64,000 nucleotides of DNA, taken from IMG/VR virus record IMGVR_UViG_3300031521_000001; one strand, 5' to 3'. Source of the stretch: a virus. Position numbers and translations under genes: made by a program. The notes under the pieces were generated by a model that saw only the letters and a list, made by a program, of their open reading frames with translations, was not told where the DNA came from and did not search any database. Positions 18,679 to 28,919 of the stretch are shown here, piece after piece; position 1 is the stretch's first letter; each line of letters starts with the position of its first letter.

Positions 18679-21600
18679 TTATTTTGGTGTTATATTAGAT
18701 ATATATGTTTTGTTTAAAGAGTTTATTTTAACAATAGTCTCTACTGGTGATGATACAGTTGTGCTACTATTATTGTAAGTAACATTTGATTTGTCCCAGT
18801 ATTTTACTGTATTATTGACATAATTTGTTGTTTGCCAATATTTCATTTTTGTTAAATCAAAATTATTATTAACTAACCAATAATTTCTTGGTTCGTCATA
18901 ATAGAATAATTTATTGTTCACATAACCAATTCCACTACCATCATTATCATATGTTGTAGTTTCAATGTAAATATATGGATCAACATTTTTATTTAAACTA
19001 AAACTAAAAGATGATAAATCAGTTTTATGTAATTTAAAATATTGAACAGGTATTAATGTTTCTGTTGGATTTATGAATGTTGTACCAGATAGATAAAATG
19101 TTTTTATCTTAACAGAATATTCATTCGGAATTTCATTATTATCTATAGTTGTTCCTGTTGCACCAAATAAGGTGTAGAAATTGACAGTAACTAAATAATC
19201 TGATCCAAAATTTAAAGTTGCTGTATAATTAAAATTTACCACTGTTGATTTCCTATTTACTACTGATTTTTTCACTTGATTTGATTCATCATAATTTTGG
19301 TATAATGTTAAACTTGTATCTGATACTCCTGTTATGTCAACTAAATTTGTTGATAATGGTACAACGTGTCTTCTAAGCCAAGTCTTTAGTTTTGTTAATT
19401 TAGTTTGTACTTCATCTAATGAATATATTAAAACATTATTTCCTTCTATATCAGTTATTGAATATGATAAATTAAATAAGTTTGTTTTTTTCCATGAAAT
19501 ATTATTTTGATATTTGCTACTAATAAAATCTGTTTCATTCCAGCCAGAAACACTATTATCAAAAATATCAGGTATTAATATTTTATGTAAGTTACCGTAT
19601 AATGTAGAAGATTTGTCTATATTTTTATAATATTCTGATAAATATAAGTTATTATATCCAAAGAAATTTATAGCATTTATCAATGCTTTATATGAACCAA
19701 CATAATCATAAACTTCTCTATAATTGACAAGCATTTCTTTTCTTTTGCGATTAAATAATGTATAATCTATAGCGTTATCTTCAATATCAGAAAGATATAA
19801 TATATTATAAACATCATCTTCTAATTGAACTCCTAAATTATTAAGATTCACTTTAAATCTAACATCTTCTATCTCAGTTTGACCATATAATACGCATGAT
19901 AATACTTCTTTTGGTTGAATTTCTATATTGTAATAAAATGTTGAACCAGTTGTATTAAAATATGTAAATCCTGAATCATCATATGTATAACCACTTGAAT
20001 CATTTGAATATGTGTATCCAGTGTCAATAAATATTTTATTTCTTGAAACATTTGATATTTTATAAATATTTACATTTTCATTTATTGTTTTGCTTATAAT
20101 ATTTTGATCTTCAAAATTTATTTTTATAAGTTGATTAGTTTCAAAATAATTTTTAAAATTAAAATCGAATGTTGATGAAAATTCAATAACATTACCACTT
20201 AATGTGAAATTGTTGAGTGAATGCGAATATCCAGAATTTGTATATCCACTCATCGAAAAATAATTAGTACTATTTAATGGTGTTATAAATTTATCAATTT
20301 TTAGTGTTCTGTTGTTTACTCCTTCTTCAATAGAATTATAACCTATGAAAATTTCTAGTGGCTCAGGTATATAATCATATGAAATAGAAGAATCTAATTG
20401 TTCTAATTTGTATGTCAATCCAGTAAAAACTGTTTGTTGATATTTAGGATTATTAACGTGTATTAAATTATCATTCGGTGTATTATTAAGAAAAACTACA
20501 TTGTTTGTTAAATCAATCAATGGTTTTTGTCCCGTATATTTTAATTTTTCAATGTTATTAAATGGTTTTAATTGTTCACCAGATATATCATATAAGAATA
20601 TAGATTCATCTATTTCGTCTTGATATGGTACTTCCCAATATGCTTTTAAATATACATCTCTATTATATTCTCCTCTTGGTTTTCTAATAAATTCTCTTGT
20701 CTTTCCACCAATTACTACATTGTTTTCTGTAGTGAAAACACCTTGATAAGATAATGTTATAGCAGATTCTGATAAATATAATATATTATATTCTTTATTA
20801 TTTACATCATATGTACTACCTGTAATTTTTAATAACATACCTGTAGCTAAATTTAAATCAAATAAATTTGTAGATGTTGTTAATTCATTACCAGATAATA
20901 ATATAGAATTATTTCTTTGATTTTCTATTATTTCATGAGTTGATAAAATATTTGTGATTATACTCAAATCCCAAATATCATTATCTGACTGAATGTTTAA
21001 TGTATATCCAGTATGATTAATACTATATCCGCTGTATATTATATACCCATTACTATACATAATATCATTATAAGTAGTTATAAAGTTATTTATTGTAGTT
21101 TGAGTATCAACAGAAAAACCTATACTATATTCATTTCCATTTAATTTTAAATTGAATCCAAATCTATCATTATCACTTTGTAATCTTAGTACTATTTCTG
21201 AATGAGCATCAGGTTTATATAAATTAATATCTGATTTATTAGTTTTTTCTTGTATTAATTTTTCATTTGTGATAATATCATATTTATTAGTTGTTCCATT
21301 AACAGTAAAATCAAAGTTGTCATCTATTTTTATTCCGTTTGAATAACCAGATACTGAAAAATAATTACTATTCGCTCCATATAAACTTTCAATAGATAAA
21401 TAATCATTATTGTTTCTAAATGTATAATACGCATCTATACCATATTTATTTAATGTTGATTTATATTTATTTAGAAAAACTGTGATAGTATCATATGATG
21501 TATTATTTGTTTTTCCACTGATATACATTTGTGATAAATTTATAATATTTGATGTAGAGTAACAATATGCATTATTAATTGTAGTGTTGTTAAATTCTGT

Positions 21601-22932
21601 TATATTACCAGATGATGTGAAATTTACTTTTTTTATTTGATTTGATTGTAATTTTTGTGTAATTGTGTATGTCGAATTATCTTCGTCTATAATATATCCA
21701 GATACAAATAGCATTGTGTTATTTAAATTTGCATTATATACAGAATTTATTACGCTAAATTCTCTATCGTTCATTAAAAATGTAGAACCAGTGTTATTAA
21801 CAGTAGTTACACCACTTAGATGTATTATGCTGCCAATTTTTATATCTAATGTACCATCAAATTGTATTGTATTCCATTGTGTGTTGTTGCTAGTTACACT
21901 GTATGATCTATATTGAACATTAGATGAATCATAAAATGTTTTGAATGTTAAAGATTTGTTACCTAATATGTTATCTGTTACTAATGAATCAATTGTGAAT
22001 GTATATCCACTAAATAATTTATTACCTAAAACATCTTCAAATATTACATTCATTTTTGATTGTTCTGATCCTGATTCAGTATAAATTGTAGTCTGCTCTA
22101 ATAGATATGCGTATTTGCCTACATTAAGAGTACCAGTATTATATGATTCTGACTCTAATGTGATATTATTTTGTAAAATCGTAGGTCTTTCAGTTAATAA
22201 TTCAACAGTCAATGTAAATAATTTATCAGTATTGTCATCAATTTTTATTTCATTTAAGTATGATTTTGTTGTTCCAGATTTTATTACACTAACAATACCA
22301 TCATTGTATGTGGTGTTTATTAGTGAAAATACTTTACCAGGATATAAATTTTGAATTAATAAATTGTTATTTGATAAATTCCTATTGTAATCATTAATAG
22401 AAATCATACTCAGTGAGCTTGTTGTACCAGATAAAAATGATAAATTGAAAAGATTATTATTTGTGCTTGTTATAATTAAAAAAGCGTTCTTTTTGACTGA
22501 TAATATATTAAAGTATTTATCATCACTAAAATCAGATGATCCAGTGATTCCGGAAAAATTAACTACTGAACCAATTGGAAATTTTTTATGAAAATCTAAT
22601 CCATATATCCATTTAGAATAAAATTTATTTGAATCATTTACTTTAGTGATATTTGTTATGATTTCATTTTGGTGACTGGTGTCGCCAGATTTTGATAATC
22701 CTGAAATTGTTATACCACTATTGTTGTTGTAATTCATTGATAATAAATTTGAATTAATTGTAAAATCAATAGGGTCAACGCTCTCAAACATATATAAACT
22801 TTGAGTTTTGAATGTTTGATCTGAATTTTCATCAAATATTATTTTACCGTTCCAATTTTCGGAATTTTTATCATATGAAAAATTGTGAGGAAAACCATCT
22901 TTATTGAAGTATATGTATTTTGAATTATCCAC
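18679..22932 (-). CDS. large virion structural protein (baseplate wedge-like)
   Basis: 1417 aa, beta-rich and N/T/S/Y-rich; GSYKALINAINFFGY resembles baseplate wedge motifs; many SGxT motifs; GTG start. Confidence 0.6.
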   Translation of the reverse strand: MDNSKYIYFNKDGFPHNFSYDKNSENWNGKIIFDENSDQTFKTQSLYMFESVDPIDFTINSNLLSMNYNNNSGITISGLSKSGDTSHQNEIITNITKVNDSNKFYSKWIYGLDFHKKFPIGSVVNFSGITGSSDFSDDKYFNILSVKKNAFLIITSTNNNLFNLSFLSGTTSSLSMISINDYNRNLSNNNLLIQNLYPGKVFSLINTTYNDGIVSVIKSGTTKSYLNEIKIDDNTDKLFTLTVELLTERPTILQNNITLESESYNTGTLNVGKYAYLLEQTTIYTESGSEQSKMNVIFEDVLGNKLFSGYTFTIDSLVTDNILGNKSLTFKTFYDSSNVQYRSYSVTSNNTQWNTIQFDGTLDIKIGSIIHLSGVTTVNNTGSTFLMNDREFSVINSVYNANLNNTMLFVSGYIIDEDNSTYTITQKLQSNQIKKVNFTSSGNITEFNNTTINNAYCYSTSNIINLSQMYISGKTNNTSYDTITVFLNKYKSTLNKYGIDAYYTFRNNNDYLSIESLYGANSNYFSVSGYSNGIKIDDNFDFTVNGTTNKYDIITNEKLIQEKTNKSDINLYKPDAHSEIVLRLQSDNDRFGFNLKLNGNEYSIGFSVDTQTTINNFITTYNDIMYSNGYIIYSGYSINHTGYTLNIQSDNDIWDLSIITNILSTHEIIENQRNNSILLSGNELTTSTNLFDLNLATGMLLKITGSTYDVNNKEYNILYLSESAITLSYQGVFTTENNVVIGGKTREFIRKPRGEYNRDVYLKAYWEVPYQDEIDESIFLYDISGEQLKPFNNIEKLKYTGQKPLIDLTNNVVFLNNTPNDNLIHVNNPKYQQTVFTGLTYKLEQLDSSISYDYIPEPLEIFIGYNSIEEGVNNRTLKIDKFITPLNSTNYFSMSGYTNSGYSHSLNNFTLSGNVIEFSSTFDFNFKNYFETNQLIKINFEDQNIISKTINENVNIYKISNVSRNKIFIDTGYTYSNDSSGYTYDDSGFTYFNTTGSTFYYNIEIQPKEVLSCVLYGQTEIEDVRFKVNLNNLGVQLEDDVYNILYLSDIEDNAIDYTLFNRKRKEMLVNYREVYDYVGSYKALINAINFFGYNNLYLSEYYKNIDKSSTLYGNLHKILIPDIFDNSVSGWNETDFISSKYQNNISWKKTNLFNLSYSITDIEGNNVLIYSLDEVQTKLTKLKTWLRRHVVPLSTNLVDITGVSDTSLTLYQNYDESNQVKKSVVNRKSTVVNFNYTATLNFGSDYLVTVNFYTLFGATGTTIDNNEIPNEYSVKIKTFYLSGTTFINPTETLIPVQYFKLHKTDLSSFSFSLNKNVDPYIYIETTTYDNDGSGIGYVNNKLFYYDEPRNYWLVNNNFDLTKMKYWQTTNYVNNTVKYWDKSNVTYNNSSTTVSSPVETIVKINSLNKTYISNITPK

Positions 22933-23002
22933 AAAAGTTGTTTTTCTTATATATATAAAAAAACTATTTCTTATATGTAAAAAATAATATATAAGATATA
23001 TT

Positions 23003-23356
23003 ATGATTATAGAATTTAAAATGTATGAGAATTTTTTATCTGATGAATATTTAAAAAATGTTACAGATAGAAATATTGAAAAAATGTATATTGACGGCGA
23101 AATATATATTTTATTGTATCATGGTACGAATAAAGAAAATTCGAAGAAAATAATTAGAACAGGTAAATTTAAAAATGGTACTTGGTTCTCTCCTGATTTT
23201 AATATTTCTAGAAGATATAGTTTAATGACAGGATGTAAAACTCCTATAATTTTCAATATGTATATAAAATTAGATTCGTTGTATATTAGTGGAGATTACT
23301 TTATTGCAAAACATGATTTACATAATGATAAACATGGACAGTCAATTTATGAATAA
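23003..23356 (+). CDS. ADP-ribosyltransferase-fold (LYHGT) protein with leader
   Basis: MIIEFKMYE leader; LLYHGT...GTWFSPD..ISRRYS resembles H-Y-type ART motifs. Confidence 0.5.
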   Translation: MIIEFKMYENFLSDEYLKNVTDRNIEKMYIDGEIYILLYHGTNKENSKKIIRTGKFKNGTWFSPDFNISRRYSLMTGCKTPIIFNMYIKLDSLYISGDYFIAKHDLHNDKHGQSIYE

Positions 23357-23372
23357 ATTAAAAATAGTATAA

Positions 23373-23471
23373 ATGAAATATTTAAAAATGTATGAAGGTA
23401 AACAATTGGGTAGTTTGTATCACATATTTGATTTGAGTGAAATGAATATAATATTAAAAAAATATAATTAA
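23373..23471 (+). pseudogene. 32-codon leader-bearing ORF, probably a truncated remnant
   Basis: Read manually: MKYLKMYEGKQLGSLYHIFDLSEMNIILKKYN-stop. Confidence 0.45.
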
Positions 23472-23513
23472 TATTAATTATATTTTAAAATAATTAAAAA
23501 AAAATAAAAAAAA

Positions 23514-24302
23514 ATGGAAAATGAAAAATGGTCTCAACAGCCAGAAATAACAATTTTAGATGGTAACACTAGACTTTGCTCAATTGGAGATTTTGGTACA
23601 ACACCAATTAATAATCTGATTAGTTTGGATTCATTATTTAATTCTGGATTCGATGTTAATGGCTCAATACAGGGTCAACTAAATACTTTGAAAAATAGTA
23701 AATTAAGTAAAAATTTCAACAGTGACAATTATGTTGGAACAACTCATTTAGATGTTGATAATATTGAAATATATTTGGCAAATAGAACTGGTATGTTTGA
23801 TGTACATTCAACAATACCATTTAGTGGAGAAACTAATTTTATATTAACAGAGATATGGTTGGATACTGCTGGTTTGTATTATCAGAAATTAAAATCAACT
23901 ACAGGAAAAGAATATGAAAGATTTTTTGGTCTAGATTATGAAATAACTACACCTTGGACTAATATTTCTCCTAAATATAAGGTTTATACTGCATTATTTA
24001 CTCAAGGTAGTACTTACGCTCCTACTGTTAATATTTTAGAAAATACAATTGGAGATATTGTTTGGGCTAGAACATCTCTTGGACAATATACTGGAACACT
24101 ATCAAATGCTTTTACTCTAAACAAAACAGTTTGTCCACAAGATAGTACTAGATGTCATAGTCAAGGTGATTTGATGTATAATTTTAATTTATATTTAGTT
24201 AATGTTAATCAAATAGTTATTACTATATTAGATGATACTTTATCATTCGCTGAGAATGATTTTTTATCTAATAAATTGATTGAAATTAGAGTTTATGTTT
24301 AA
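23514..24302 (+). CDS. putative fibre or virion protein
   Basis: C-terminal YKVYTALFTQ..AP..LENTIG..W.R...G.Y...IEIRVY module typical of phage fibre ends. Confidence 0.55.
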   Translation: MENEKWSQQPEITILDGNTRLCSIGDFGTTPINNLISLDSLFNSGFDVNGSIQGQLNTLKNSKLSKNFNSDNYVGTTHLDVDNIEIYLANRTGMFDVHSTIPFSGETNFILTEIWLDTAGLYYQKLKSTTGKEYERFFGLDYEITTPWTNISPKYKVYTALFTQGSTYAPTVNILENTIGDIVWARTSLGQYTGTLSNAFTLNKTVCPQDSTRCHSQGDLMYNFNLYLVNVNQIVITILDDTLSFAENDFLSNKLIEIRVYV

Positions 24303-24333
24303 TGTCAATTTTTTAAATAATAATTAACATTAT

Positions 24334-24359
24334 AAACTTTTTTTCTAAATAGTTATATA
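24334..24359 (+). promoter_or_regulatory. candidate phage promoter AAAC-N16-TATATA
   Basis: Same motif and spacing found at five loci upstream of gene starts. Confidence 0.55.
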
Positions 24360-24380
24360 TTAAGAAAAAATTAAATTATT

Positions 24381-24647
24381 GTGGAGATTAATATTAAAGA
24401 AAATATTTATTTTAAAACATATGATAAAAGGATAACATTGAATGAGGATATAGTAGATTTTATATTATCAGATAAAATTGATAAAGTGTTATATAAAGGA
24501 GAACCAAATGATATAAATTATAAATTATTAAAAAAAATAATTCCGTTGTCTGATTCTAATCCTGATCCAGAATTGGTTAGAAAAAAATATCAAAGTTATT
24601 TAGAAATTTGTGATAATACTCCATATTGTATAATTTATAAAAAATAA
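24381..24647 (+). CDS. hypothetical protein
   Basis: 88 aa, GTG start, between a promoter motif and a terminator. Confidence 0.6.
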   Translation: MEINIKENIYFKTYDKRITLNEDIVDFILSDKIDKVLYKGEPNDINYKLLKKIIPLSDSNPDPELVRKKYQSYLEICDNTPYCIIYKK

Positions 24648-24679
24648 AAGAAAGTTCAGATTATTCTGAACTTTCTTTT
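24646..24679. terminator. bidirectional terminator
   Basis: AAAAGAAAGTTCAGA-TTAT-TCTGAACTTTCTTTT, a 15-bp stem at a convergent junction. Confidence 0.8.
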
Positions 24680-24993
24680 TTTAGCTTTTTTAGTTTTGTT
24701 CTTCTTACTTCCTTTTGAGATATCTTTAGCCAATCTTCCTTTAAAGTGTATAATTTTCCTTTATAGTAATATTGGTTTTTGTCATCATTATCATAATCAA
24801 TCGCTGGACCATTTAATCTGTGATATTGATTATTTTTTTTATACTCTACTCTATCTTTGAAATGTATAATAGAATTTTTATTGGTGACATTTAACCATTC
24901 ATTTATTTTTACTGTGTCTTTATAAAAATTTATTAATTTATCTCTTTTTTCTGTTCCTTCTTTTAAGGAGTTTATTTCATCAAATTCTGTCAT
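24661..24993 (-). CDS. HRxxGPA-motif protein with RKxKL-type tail
   Basis: YHRLNGPAIDY...QYYYKGK; ends VRRTKLKKLKKESSE. Confidence 0.65.
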   Translation of the reverse strand: MTEFDEINSLKEGTEKRDKLINFYKDTVKINEWLNVTNKNSIIHFKDRVEYKKNNQYHRLNGPAIDYDNDDKNQYYYKGKLYTLKEDWLKISQKEVRRTKLKKLKKESSE

Positions 24994-25228
24994 TTATTTT
25001 TAATAATTTTTGTTTTCTTGTTTCTGATACATCTACTTTTATATAATCTAAATTGATGAAATTTTTATCTGATATTGTTCCATCGTAAAATATAATTGTA
25101 ATTGAATCTTTAAGGCGCGCTATATCTCCTTCAATACTAATTACTTCTCTTTTAAATTTTTGACATTTCCAAAATTTGTAAAAAGTTGCATCTTGAGTTA
25201 CAATATCTCCTTTGTTAATATTTTTCAT
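24980..25228 (-). CDS. hypothetical protein with RKxKL tail
   Basis: Ends TRKQKLLKINDRI. Confidence 0.65.
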   Translation of the reverse strand: MKNINKGDIVTQDATFYKFWKCQKFKREVISIEGDIARLKDSITIIFYDGTISDKNFINLDYIKVDVSETRKQKLLKINDRI

Positions 25229-25302
25229 ATGATGTATTTTTATTAGATTGTAAATATATAATTTATTTTTAATATATACAACAAAAGAAATAAAGTTTAT
25301 AG

Positions 25303-27456
25303 ATGCAAAAAAATAGAAAATCTAGAAAATTTGATTGGATTAAACAGGATGATGGAACATTTGTTCAACAAACTCGTTCAGTGAAATATGATGAAGAAAA
25401 ATTTATTGCAGTAGGTGATATTTATTTTAGATTTAATAAATATTTAACTGGAGTTACATATACATATATTAATAGTTTAGAAGATATTTATAATAAAGAA
25501 AATTTATTAACAGGAGATGGTTATTCAATTGTTAATATGTATAATGAATATGATGTAATTGATAGAGTTCTTAAAAATATAATATTTGTTGATGTTGCAG
25601 CAGATACTCATATTGATATATCTAAACAATGGACACAAATAAATGGAGTTAATATTAAACCAGGCCAGTTGATTTTGTTGAAAGACCAAAAATCTGGAAG
25701 TGAGTCTGAAAATGATATTTACATAGTTTCGAATAAGAATTTTTTAATAAATTATAATGTTTTGAACACAAGAGAAAAATCTGATAAATTTAGCTGTAGT
25801 GTAAAACTAGGTAATAATTCTGATAAACAATTTTTTTTGCTGAATGTTGGTTACAATTTTCCAATAACAGGAGAAGCTAAATATTTTATTGAAGGAAAAT
25901 CTTTTATTCTTAAAAATTTGGTGAAATATGATCTAGAGCGTTCATATTCAGATTCATCAAGCACATCTAAAATTTTTTTTACGGATTATGATATTGCAAG
26001 AAAACAGTTAAATACAAATGCTGAAAAATATATTGAAATTGAATTTGATGTTAATAGTTTGTACTTATCTTCTGAGATTGTTAGAATAGATTATCATCAT
26101 GATTCATATATTATTAGATCAGGTTTAACTATTAATTCTGAATTTACTGGTATTACCAGTCAAATTAGTAATAATGTAGTTAAAGGATTTACTTCAGTTC
26201 CTTATTCACAAAATTTTGATTGTATTATAGGAGATTATATTAAATTAAATATTTATAGTGGTTATACTATAGATTCAAATTCTGTGAATGTTTTAACATT
26301 AAATACTTTTGTTAAAGATATCAGATATGGATGTTTAATTTTAGAAGAAACAATTCCAAATAGAGTTATAAATGACTTAAAAAATAAAGCATTTTCTGTT
26401 GAGAATCTTAATATAGGAATAAGCTGGGATGACGCTCTTGATAAATTATCATCAAATACTCCTTATTCTGATTATTATGATATTAAAATAGGTAGTTATG
26501 ACATTAATTATTTGAATGTAGTTTTTACTGCAAAAATGTGCGATTATGATAGATATTTCGATTATGATGGATTAACAATATCATTAAATGATAATGAAAA
26601 TTGGATAGGTTATACATTTAATACTCATAATCAATATATTGGATATAAATTGTTTGATAACTTAAATAGACTTGAGCCTAGTGGTTTTACATATGATTAT
26701 TCATTGTACAATCAGTTTTTACTTACTGGTTTTACATGTCAATATACTGATAATGATAGAATTAGAATTATATACACTCAAGGAGGATTATTGAATAATT
26801 TTAAAGAATATACATATGTTAATGTTTCAGGAAATACAATTACTGGAAAATCTTTAATTTATAGTGTTTATGATACTGAAATGATAATTGAAAAACCTTC
26901 TTCTTTTCCTTTTTTCCCTGCTACTGATATAATTTATATTCAAAATATAGATGGTTTGTTAAATATCTCAGATATTCTATATCAAGTTTATATTAATGAA
27001 TCATATGATTGGTATATTCAAAAAAATGATAATGTTAGAAAGTATATATGTAGATCTTACGCAGAAATATTAGTACTAGATGATTTTTTTAGAAATTATG
27101 CAACTGGAATATTATATGAAAATGAGAATAATGAATTTATTCTTAAATTATTTAATTTGGGAACTAATATCGATAAAAATTCTGATCCTCTTTTGTATTT
27201 TTCAACAATTGAATTGGTTTATATTGGAGCTGATAGAAAATCAAGATTGCCAGTTCCTTTAACAATTTTATCTGGTAATACAACGGAAAATTTTTGGAAT
27301 TTACTAAACGGCGGTGTTGATGATTCATTGAATGGATTGAATGGTAGTTATTTAGGTGATGTTAATGATTCTGGTGTAGATGTGATTTTACCTGGACCAA
27401 ATAACCCTCCATTACTTTATACTTTGATTGATGGTGGTAAAGATTCTTCTCTGTGA
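25303..27456 (+). CDS. virion structural protein
   Basis: INGVNIKPGQLILLKDQ...ENDIYIV motif common in phage tail and fibre proteins; SGxT motifs. Confidence 0.6.
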   Translation: MQKNRKSRKFDWIKQDDGTFVQQTRSVKYDEEKFIAVGDIYFRFNKYLTGVTYTYINSLEDIYNKENLLTGDGYSIVNMYNEYDVIDRVLKNIIFVDVAADTHIDISKQWTQINGVNIKPGQLILLKDQKSGSESENDIYIVSNKNFLINYNVLNTREKSDKFSCSVKLGNNSDKQFFLLNVGYNFPITGEAKYFIEGKSFILKNLVKYDLERSYSDSSSTSKIFFTDYDIARKQLNTNAEKYIEIEFDVNSLYLSSEIVRIDYHHDSYIIRSGLTINSEFTGITSQISNNVVKGFTSVPYSQNFDCIIGDYIKLNIYSGYTIDSNSVNVLTLNTFVKDIRYGCLILEETIPNRVINDLKNKAFSVENLNIGISWDDALDKLSSNTPYSDYYDIKIGSYDINYLNVVFTAKMCDYDRYFDYDGLTISLNDNENWIGYTFNTHNQYIGYKLFDNLNRLEPSGFTYDYSLYNQFLLTGFTCQYTDNDRIRIIYTQGGLLNNFKEYTYVNVSGNTITGKSLIYSVYDTEMIIEKPSSFPFFPATDIIYIQNIDGLLNISDILYQVYINESYDWYIQKNDNVRKYICRSYAEILVLDDFFRNYATGILYENENNEFILKLFNLGTNIDKNSDPLLYFSTIELVYIGADRKSRLPVPLTILSGNTTENFWNLLNGGVDDSLNGLNGSYLGDVNDSGVDVILPGPNNPPLLYTLIDGGKDSSL

Positions 27457-27505
27457 GTATTTTTAGTCTAATAAAATAATATATAATAAAAATAATAATT
27501 TGTTC

Positions 27506-28087
27506 ATGTCTAAAGTTGAAAAATATAGTAGAGTTATAATAAAAAGAAATACTGTTCCAGGAGATGTTCCTACAATTCCAGCATTAGGATCATCACATGA
27601 TGATCATACATTATTACCAGCATGGAGAACAACAGATATTTATATTGGTGAATTTTTTCTTAATGAAGTGGATGAAAATGTGTGGATGAGAGTTGGAGAA
27701 AATACAATAAAACAATTATATTTCATTGAAGATTCTGGTTTGACAAATGATTTTTTGACAGATGATACATTATATTTTGATTCTTCAAATGATACATTGT
27801 ATACTAAAAATATTCAAATTGGATTTCAAACTATTTATACTGATTATACAGGAACAACAACAGATAGTAATATTATCTTTTTTTCTGGTTCAAGTACACT
27901 AAATTATTATTTACCATCAGCAACTGGAACTAATAGAAATATTAAAATCGTTTGTGTTGGCTCAGTGGTTAATGTAAATTTGTATAATTCTGATATTTTG
28001 AATGGTTCTAATTCAACTGTGGTTTTGAATCAATATGATAAACTTGATATTGTAGATTATAGTGAAGGTGTGTGGTTTCGTGTATAA
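27506..28087 (+). CDS. putative tail-fibre-associated protein
   Basis: IIKRNTVPGDVP...IGEFFLNEVD N-terminal fibre-type motif; LP-x-A beta C-terminal domain. Confidence 0.55.
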   Translation: MSKVEKYSRVIIKRNTVPGDVPTIPALGSSHDDHTLLPAWRTTDIYIGEFFLNEVDENVWMRVGENTIKQLYFIEDSGLTNDFLTDDTLYFDSSNDTLYTKNIQIGFQTIYTDYTGTTTDSNIIFFSGSSTLNYYLPSATGTNRNIKIVCVGSVVNVNLYNSDILNGSNSTVVLNQYDKLDIVDYSEGVWFRV

Positions 28088-28093
28088 GAATAA

Positions 28094-28121
28094 AAAACCA
28101 AAACTTAATTGTTTTGGTTTT
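28094..28121. terminator. bidirectional terminator
   Basis: AAAACCAAAAC-TTAATT-GTTTTGGTTTT at a convergent junction. Confidence 0.7.
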
Positions 28122-28124
28122 ATT

Positions 28125-28409
28125 TTAATTTCTCCAATTCAATCTAATTAAATCTATCATTCTGGATATATCTGTGAATTCATAATCTACATTCAAATGA
28201 TTAAACCAATCTTCTATCATATTTGGTGATAGTTTATCAAGTCTTTTGAATATTCCTATAGCACCTTTTCTGCCATCGTATCCTTCATATTCATGACAAA
28301 ACCAATAATTGAATTTTTTAACATTTGATGTATCATCAAGTATGAATTTTTTCTTTGTCGTTGGTTTGGATTCTTCTGTTTTCTTCTTGAATATACTAAA
28401 AATTTTCAT
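28125..28409 (-). CDS. hypothetical protein
   Basis: 94 aa; preceded by TATATTTG at 28431-28438. Confidence 0.6.
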   Translation of the reverse strand: MKIFSIFKKKTEESKPTTKKKFILDDTSNVKKFNYWFCHEYEGYDGRKGAIGIFKRLDKLSPNMIEDWFNHLNVDYEFTDISRMIDLIRLNWRN

Positions 28410-28480
28410 GATTTATTAATTTTTTTGTTGCAAATATAATATAAATTATTTTAATTACAATGATATAAATAAAATATTAA

Positions 28481-28831
28481 TCAAATATTAACATTTATTA
28501 ATCCAACATTTCTAGGTATTTCAATTGCAGTTGCTGTGTTCATATTATTATTTGGTTTTAAGTCGTTGATTATTACTCTTTCTCCTCTTGTTAGTCCCAT
28601 TATTAATTGATCATAGAAAATTCCATTTTTTTGTAATTGTTCTTCAGTTCTTTTTCTCATTGATTCTGTTCTACCTGTTGTTAATATTATTTTATGTCCA
28701 TCTGCGTTCCATTTATTTAATTTGTCTATTACTCCTGGTAATATCTCTGATTCTTCAAAAAGTATATTTGATAAATTTCCTTTGTGCTTAAATAATGTAC
28801 CATCAATATCAATAAATAATGTTTTTTTCAT
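28481..28831 (-). CDS. HAD-superfamily phosphatase
   Basis: FIDIDGT motif I, LTTGR motif II, IND motif. Confidence 0.8.
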   Translation of the reverse strand: MKKTLFIDIDGTLFKHKGNLSNILFEESEILPGVIDKLNKWNADGHKIILTTGRTESMRKRTEEQLQKNGIFYDQLIMGLTRGERVIINDLKPNNNMNTATAIEIPRNVGLINVNI

Positions 28832-28919
28832 GTTTATATTCTAATTTAATTTTTATTATTTAGTTATTATTTTAATATATGTTTTATTTTAAATGAACTT
28901 TTTTTATATATAGGTTCAT

